This document shows, one piece after another, positions 57,899-64,000 of a DNA stretch of 64,000 bases (its first letter is position 1; the number at the start of each line of letters is the position of its first letter). Source of the DNA: Trichoplax sp. H2. Lineage: Eukaryota. The position numbers and the translations under genes were made by a program. The stretch is taken from NCBI GenBank assembly GCA_003344405.1, contig NOWV01000002.1, positions 682,001-746,000 of the forward strand, written 5' to 3'. Below the pieces are notes generated by a model. It saw only the letters and a list, made by a program, of their open reading frames with translations. It ran no database searches and was not told the DNA's origin.

Positions 57899-60800
57899 TT
57901 TCAATTACTACTGCTTAAATTGCGGATAATAATTTTATAATTTTTCCAGTAGCTCCTTTCAATTATCCTATAATAAACATTGTATATATTTGAATTAGAA
58001 TAAAACTATTACATGCACACTAAATTATAGTCGAAGCTATGATTATAATTTTAATTTTCCTACTATTTATTTGATTAATGATTAAAAATAAATTGTAAAA
58101 GGTGTTTCGACTTTCGAATTGATTAATTTTACCAAATTGTTCTTATCCTTTAATAACAAGAGATTTAGTAACATTAATTGAGAGATGGTGATGGATTGAT
58201 AGGTGAAATATGATAGGTGAATGTTTCTCATGCGGCGAAATTGAATAATTTTGGGCCAAGAGGTAAGCGTAATTTTTAACTATTGAACCAAAGATTAGTA
58301 GATCTTACGGTAAGATTTAGTAATCCTTGATTGAACGATGGTGTTCCAGTTACCGTACTAATTTCATATACAGTATAGTTGCAGTTACGCAAGCATCGGA
58401 GAAAGTAAGGGTAACCGTATACGCTTCAAATCAATTCAATTGCAAGAAAGGATTTATTTCAATATTACAAAATGATTGGAATAAAAACGAAGTGACTAAA
58501 ATTTTGAATAATGATTATCTTACGGAAGAAATTTCTCTTTGGATTTTTTCCGCGTAGTCAATTTGATTAGTTTCTTTGATTTTCAGGAATTACTCAATGT
58601 CCTTGGATAAGATCAATCTGTAATGAGAACGTTGAATTAGTAAAATTAGAGTTAGAAAGAGCTTCAGCTTAACTTGAGATTGCTATCATTTCACGGCATT
58701 TAAGAAGGATAAGTTAAGCTAATTTTATAGCTCAGGCTATTCATTTGTATGTCTGATAATAGTATATCGTAACTTCAGTAATCTAGACACTTTCAATAAA
58801 CGAATCGATTTACAAGTAACTTGAACTGAAAAGAATATTAACGGATATTGTAGGCCAATTAATAGTATCTACCAATATTTTCAGTATGTTTATAGTTATG
58901 TAAAATCATAAATTAGAGTAGATGGTAGTTGGATCAGAAAGCTTAAGGCAAGATCAATTTACCTATAGTGTTCCAGTATAGTTACATCAAATTCAAGTAT
59001 CGATATTAGTACTCAACAAGATATTGTAAATCAACTGGATTGGCCTTGTGTTATCGTATGATTTCAGCCAATTACTGCTATACTTTGTAGTTCACGTAAT
59101 ACCCTACTGCATAACATAAATTTTTCTGTGAGTGTAAAGGAGAAGTAGTGTGAAACATTTATGCTTGTGATAATTATGATAAATATTATAAATATTAAGC
59201 ATTTATATATAATTGTACCCTTATTATATACTTATTACCAAACGAGGTCTTGCATATGGTATAATGAGAATATAAAGATATTTAGTGTACTGTTTAGGGA
59301 AGCGTAAGCTTCCGTTCTTATATGCTTTATCATCTACTGTTATTCAATTCAGCTAGCAATGGCTTACAATTGTGCTTTACTAAAGAATTTCGATGAGTGC
59401 TATATTGTACAAATTGTACAGAAATCAATATGTATAAAAATCGGTTAAAAAATGATTAAAAACAATGCACGTTCATTTTAGTTGCAGCTATTTTGAATCT
59501 CCGTATAAGAGAAAGAAAAGGTTAAAATTTTCTCTGAAGGTCAAATAGGTATAATAGACATTTGTCTACAAGATTATTTATAGTATTGACTATTTTTGCA
59601 TTATGCTGTAGCTTTACTCCACCTAATGTAAACTCAAACTTTAGGTAATCTACTATGAATCGACGGTAAGAGTAGGTATTATTATCATTTACATATATGT
59701 GACAAACATTATTCCTGATATATATTCTTATTCCGATATATATGCACTATTTCTTTTTATGAAAAGGTAATTAGCATCTAAGTTATATCCATAAATTTGT
59801 AAACTCAACAGTTTGAAGTTTATAGGTATTTGTATAGGAGATCTCGAATAATCAGAGAATTACTTCTTCAGTATGAAGATATAGAACAGATAAGGTGTGA
59901 ATAATTGTAGAGATAATTTATAGAAAAGAGCTATTTTCGATTATTTGAAAGGAATGAGGACGGAAAGAAATTAATGCCGTAGTTTATTCGATTTATACTC
60001 GTTTCATTTAATCTCACATTCATTTAAGAAATCTTCTGTAATTGCTTTGATTAGTGCAAGATTGTAAAATTTTGGTTGTACTATCTCATTTTTAGTATAT
60101 TTTGATTATCAAAATTTCTTATGAAGACAAAATATTATTGTTACATCCGATTGGGTTCATAAGCCAGTATTAAATACAATCTATCTATGGCGATGTGCTG
60201 TCCATTGTCTAACTGAAATGAACTATTTAGTGGCTAGCGTTTCATAAATTACAATTTTGAAAATAATTCTAACTTAGTGCTATTGCAATAAATAAATGTA
60301 TTTCCTTTTCTTCCACTGACTATGAAATTATTCCTATCTAAAATATGGCCGAAATCAGTGAATTAATAATTAAGATGAATATTAAGTGCGCGATCATATT
60401 CGACAAGAAATGATTTTTAATTATTCTTTACCTTTGAAATGTTCACCTTGGTATATTAAAAATCTCTTGTAAATACTTTAAAAGGGAAGAAAAGGATAAT
60501 GTTTATTCTAAATAGCAATGTTGAGGTACCATGACGTAATATGGTACTATTTTCTTAAGACTAAGATATTTAATTTATAACGCTCCTATAACATCCTGAT
60601 TTATTTTTTACAATTAGTGTCGTATTTTTAAGATTACCTAAAAATTTGATCAAATATTCTAGCAAAAAAAGCTAGCCACTTAGTATAATATTATTATAGG
60701 GCGATCGAACAGAATTTTCATCCCCTAAGGATAAAGTGTTTAATTAAAGTCATAATAACCTGAATTGCATATAGAAAGAATTTATTTATATCTATAAAAG

Positions 60801-62602
60801 CATACGCTAGCAAATAAATATTTCAGAACTAGAACACTACGAGATATTTCAATAAATATCAAATACTGCGGAGACCTTAACTTGTAACTCTCTGAGATAC
60901 GTTCAGCTTTATGATCATTATATCGGCAATGATATTTTTGTTGGTATTATTTAAATACAGTAGGTTGTTGACTAATCATTTAAATATCAAAGTTTAATAT
61001 CAGGCATTATAATTATACAAGACTAACCTGAAAATATGAAGTTGATAGACTAGATGTGTAACATAGATCATTTCTTTCCCATGTTAAACATAAATGTCAA
61101 TATACTGTGAGGAATGTCCTAAAGAAAAAATATTCAACGAATTATTAATATACTAGAGTAATGTTTTAATTGTAATAGTGTTTCGTTTTGCTTTAAAAGT
61201 TATTGCAATTGCTTAACTTTAATTAAAATTGCTTTGTAATCATCAAACCAATAGTATTCAATTTTTATTTCTTCTTACAAGTTTCATTGTTAATATAAGC
61301 ATAAAATTCCACTTAATAATACAATATTGCAAGTGAAAGCCATTTAATTTGTGGAAATTATTAAAATAGACGTACCATAAGTGGTTACTTTTTATTTGCT
61401 TTTGTATACCGGTATTCAACCAGTAAAATGTTGATTAATTTACGCACATGTATCAGTTATGTTCTCTCATCCGTCACTGATATTTTCAAAGAACGTAATA
61501 TGTCACCCTAGGCTGCTAATCTAAAGTAATTAAAGCATTTTACTACTATTGTCAAGAAAAATATCTTCTATTCGTATTTCTTGCTTTGATCAGAAAGTGA
61601 TTGTTTTAATCTATTTAGTGTTTTATCTGGGACGATCATCAGATATTGTTGTGTAAGTCTCTATTTATCAAAATATTCAAAGGATTTTATAAACATCAAA
61701 ATGGTTTAAAAAATTAGACAAAAGGAGGAATTGGAAAGATCAACCTTTGGAAGTAAAGAGTCTAATTTTTTTATCTTACATGGGTTAGGGGCAACAACCC
61801 TTTGCTTGCATATATATGTATACGTGTATATTCCTCTTAATTATTTTATTGATACTAAAGTTTGCATTGAACTTATTCGTTAGCCTGAAGTCAAGTTTTA
61901 GATAACGTTGAGCACTCGCTGCAAATTAAACTTCATATTTATGTTTAAAATTATGCATGAATAGCATTCTATGTAAGTTTTAACTGTTAAAGATAAAGAA
62001 TAAGTTAATATACTAGGATATTAGTCAGAAGAAAAGCCATTATGTAAAATAGCATTAACGTCGGTCAATATCACTAAGAATTACATTGATGTCGATCTAT
62101 TTTAATGGATATCAAAGCATAACCTAAAATATGTAGCTATCAACCGTACTGTACCGGTAGAATTCACTATTGGCTAGTGAACATAATAGGATGGCTAGAA
62201 TGATAGCTATTTAATATGCTATTAGATTATTCATACGATTACAATTACAAATGAATATCAGTAACTATACTGGACAGATTGGCAAAGTAGTAGAATTTCT
62301 AACCTAACTCGTGTTATGGCTCTTGCGAATACTAAATATCATTTAGACTTAAGATGCTTTTCTTATAATTTTTGTGATCAATTAGCAGCCTAAATATGAT
62401 GAGTAAACGGTTAAATACTAAAAATGGAATTTGATTACTATACTTGCGCAGCTAACCAACATAGCAATGCATACTACATACAATATTGATAGTACTGTAT
62501 CTGATTTTAAAACATGAGAATGTAATGATTAACTAGTTAATAGAATAAGTTAAAAGAAGTAACGAACTAATAACTAGTACAGTGATGACTAAGTATAAAA
62601 AT

Positions 62603-63428
62603 ACTCATATTTCTGTTTACTAGAGTTATTGTTTATCCTGCTCTAAATTGTTCAAGTTATTCTCACTTGAGGACCTTTTGCAATTATGATGGCATCAAAA
62701 CTTCTTCAATCAGTCTAGTTGAAGATAGCATAAGTGAGCGATTAATTGAAACATCTGCCGACTTTCTCTATGGTTCTAGCTTATGGTGTAATGATTTAAT
62801 GTATATAGATGAATTTTTCATTACGGTATTATGGATTAAAGTTTGAGTCATTCAATCAGTTATCGAAAGATAGTGTTCCTTACAATCCAATGTTGTATTC
62901 AGAATCATATTATTTATCTTGTCCGCAGTAGTAATAAAGAGAGAGAATGCCTATTTAGGGTATTCANNNNNNNNNNNNNNNNNNNNACTCATATTTCTGT
63001 TTACTAGAGTTATTGTTTATCCTGCTCTAAATTGTTCAAGTTATTCTCACTTGAGGACCTTTTGCAATTATGATGGCATCAAAACTTCTTCAATCAGTCT
63101 AGTTGAAGATAGCATAAGTGAGCGATTAATTGAAACTTCTGCCGACTTTCTCTATGGTTCTAGCTTATGGTGTAATGATTTAATGTATAATAGGAATGGC
63201 CGGAGTCTTAGCATTGGCCGTGACCAATCTTAAGGACAAAATCATTCTTAGGAATGGCCGTAACATATAGATGAATTTTTCATTACGGTATTATGGATTA
63301 AAGTTTGAGTCATTCAATCAGTTATCGAAAGATAGTGTTCCTTACAATCTAATGTTGTATTCAGAATCATATTATTTATCTTGTCCGCAGTAGCAATAAA
63401 GAGAGAGAATGCCTATTTAGGGTATTCA
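62603..63428. other. Assembly gap (N x20, 62967-62986) flanked by a near-identical duplicated segment (62603-62966 vs 62987-63428)
   Basis: The copies differ by 3 visible substitutions and one 78-bp indel, and the duplication abuts the gap exactly. Confidence 0.9.
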
Positions 63429-64000
63429 TTTCTTCACTATAAGATATTATTCATGTAGTTGGAATTTATTTTAACAGACAAAATTATATCCTTTGAGTAA
63501 GATCATAAATTCGAATTAACAAAAATAAAACTGGATTCGTTACTTGATTGAAAGCCTTTAGATAGATCTGAATACTGTTCAAGCGTTTATTGGTTTGATT
63601 ATTCATTCGTACTCAAAGAAACTCAAAATTTAAAATCGGTCTCTGACGCTTATGGTTCTATTATTAGATCTACAAGAAATATTCAATTTATTGTAAACCT
63701 CGCTTTTGCTATTATTGTCTAGTGGCTTACTCTTTCATTTTCAGAATATTTAGTTGTTTATGAACTCTTCTTAAATTATAATAAAATATGACTAAATCTG
63801 AGATGTAATGTTAATTTTAGTAATCTGTCAATTCGCTAGTATCCTCGCTCAAAGTGTGACTAAAAAGATCTTTCCATTAGAGTCAACTATTTAATGTTCA
63901 ATGTATTAGTTACGGACAACAACTTGAACTAATATCGCAGAACGATTTTCTTCTGATTCAGTTATTTGAATGAGAACTGATCGGATAACAACCAAGTCTG

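Noticed and set aside
62919..63233. 104-aa ORF, and a true tandem duplication
   Set aside because: The ORF spans the N gap. The duplication abuts the gap and is best explained as uncollapsed haplotypes.

Overview
AT-rich, intron-dense animal DNA with short GT-AG introns. The compact genes, abundant ACAGT/TACAGTA microsatellites and early-branching-type gene content suggest a placozoan such as Trichoplax (inference). Hand-spliced gene models, left to right: GABA aminotransferase ABAT (- strand, 958-6681); an unresolved ACAGT-rich intergenic region (7.3-13.9 kb); an EMSY orthologue whose N-terminal ENT domain splices in frame to a C-terminal bromodomain (+, 13996-23055); a secreted SRCRx4-MAM-EGF protein (-, 24039-27786); a CFAP97D2-like ciliary gene preceded by tandem RFX X-boxes (+, 30938-34716); and a natriuretic-peptide-receptor-like guanylyl cyclase (-). 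The most notable feature is that the cyclase has one 17-exon constant region (37587-42704) and two divergent, intact 694-nt first exons (46415-47108 and 57205-57898). Each encodes a signal peptide plus the N-terminal part of the ligand-binding domain, and each is in phase with the same acceptor, resembling a protocadherin/UGT1A-style variable-exon locus. A FoxG gene lies antisense between the two variable exons. The right end has a 20-N gap flanked by a probable haplotype duplication. Exon boundaries were read by eye and may be off by a few bases.
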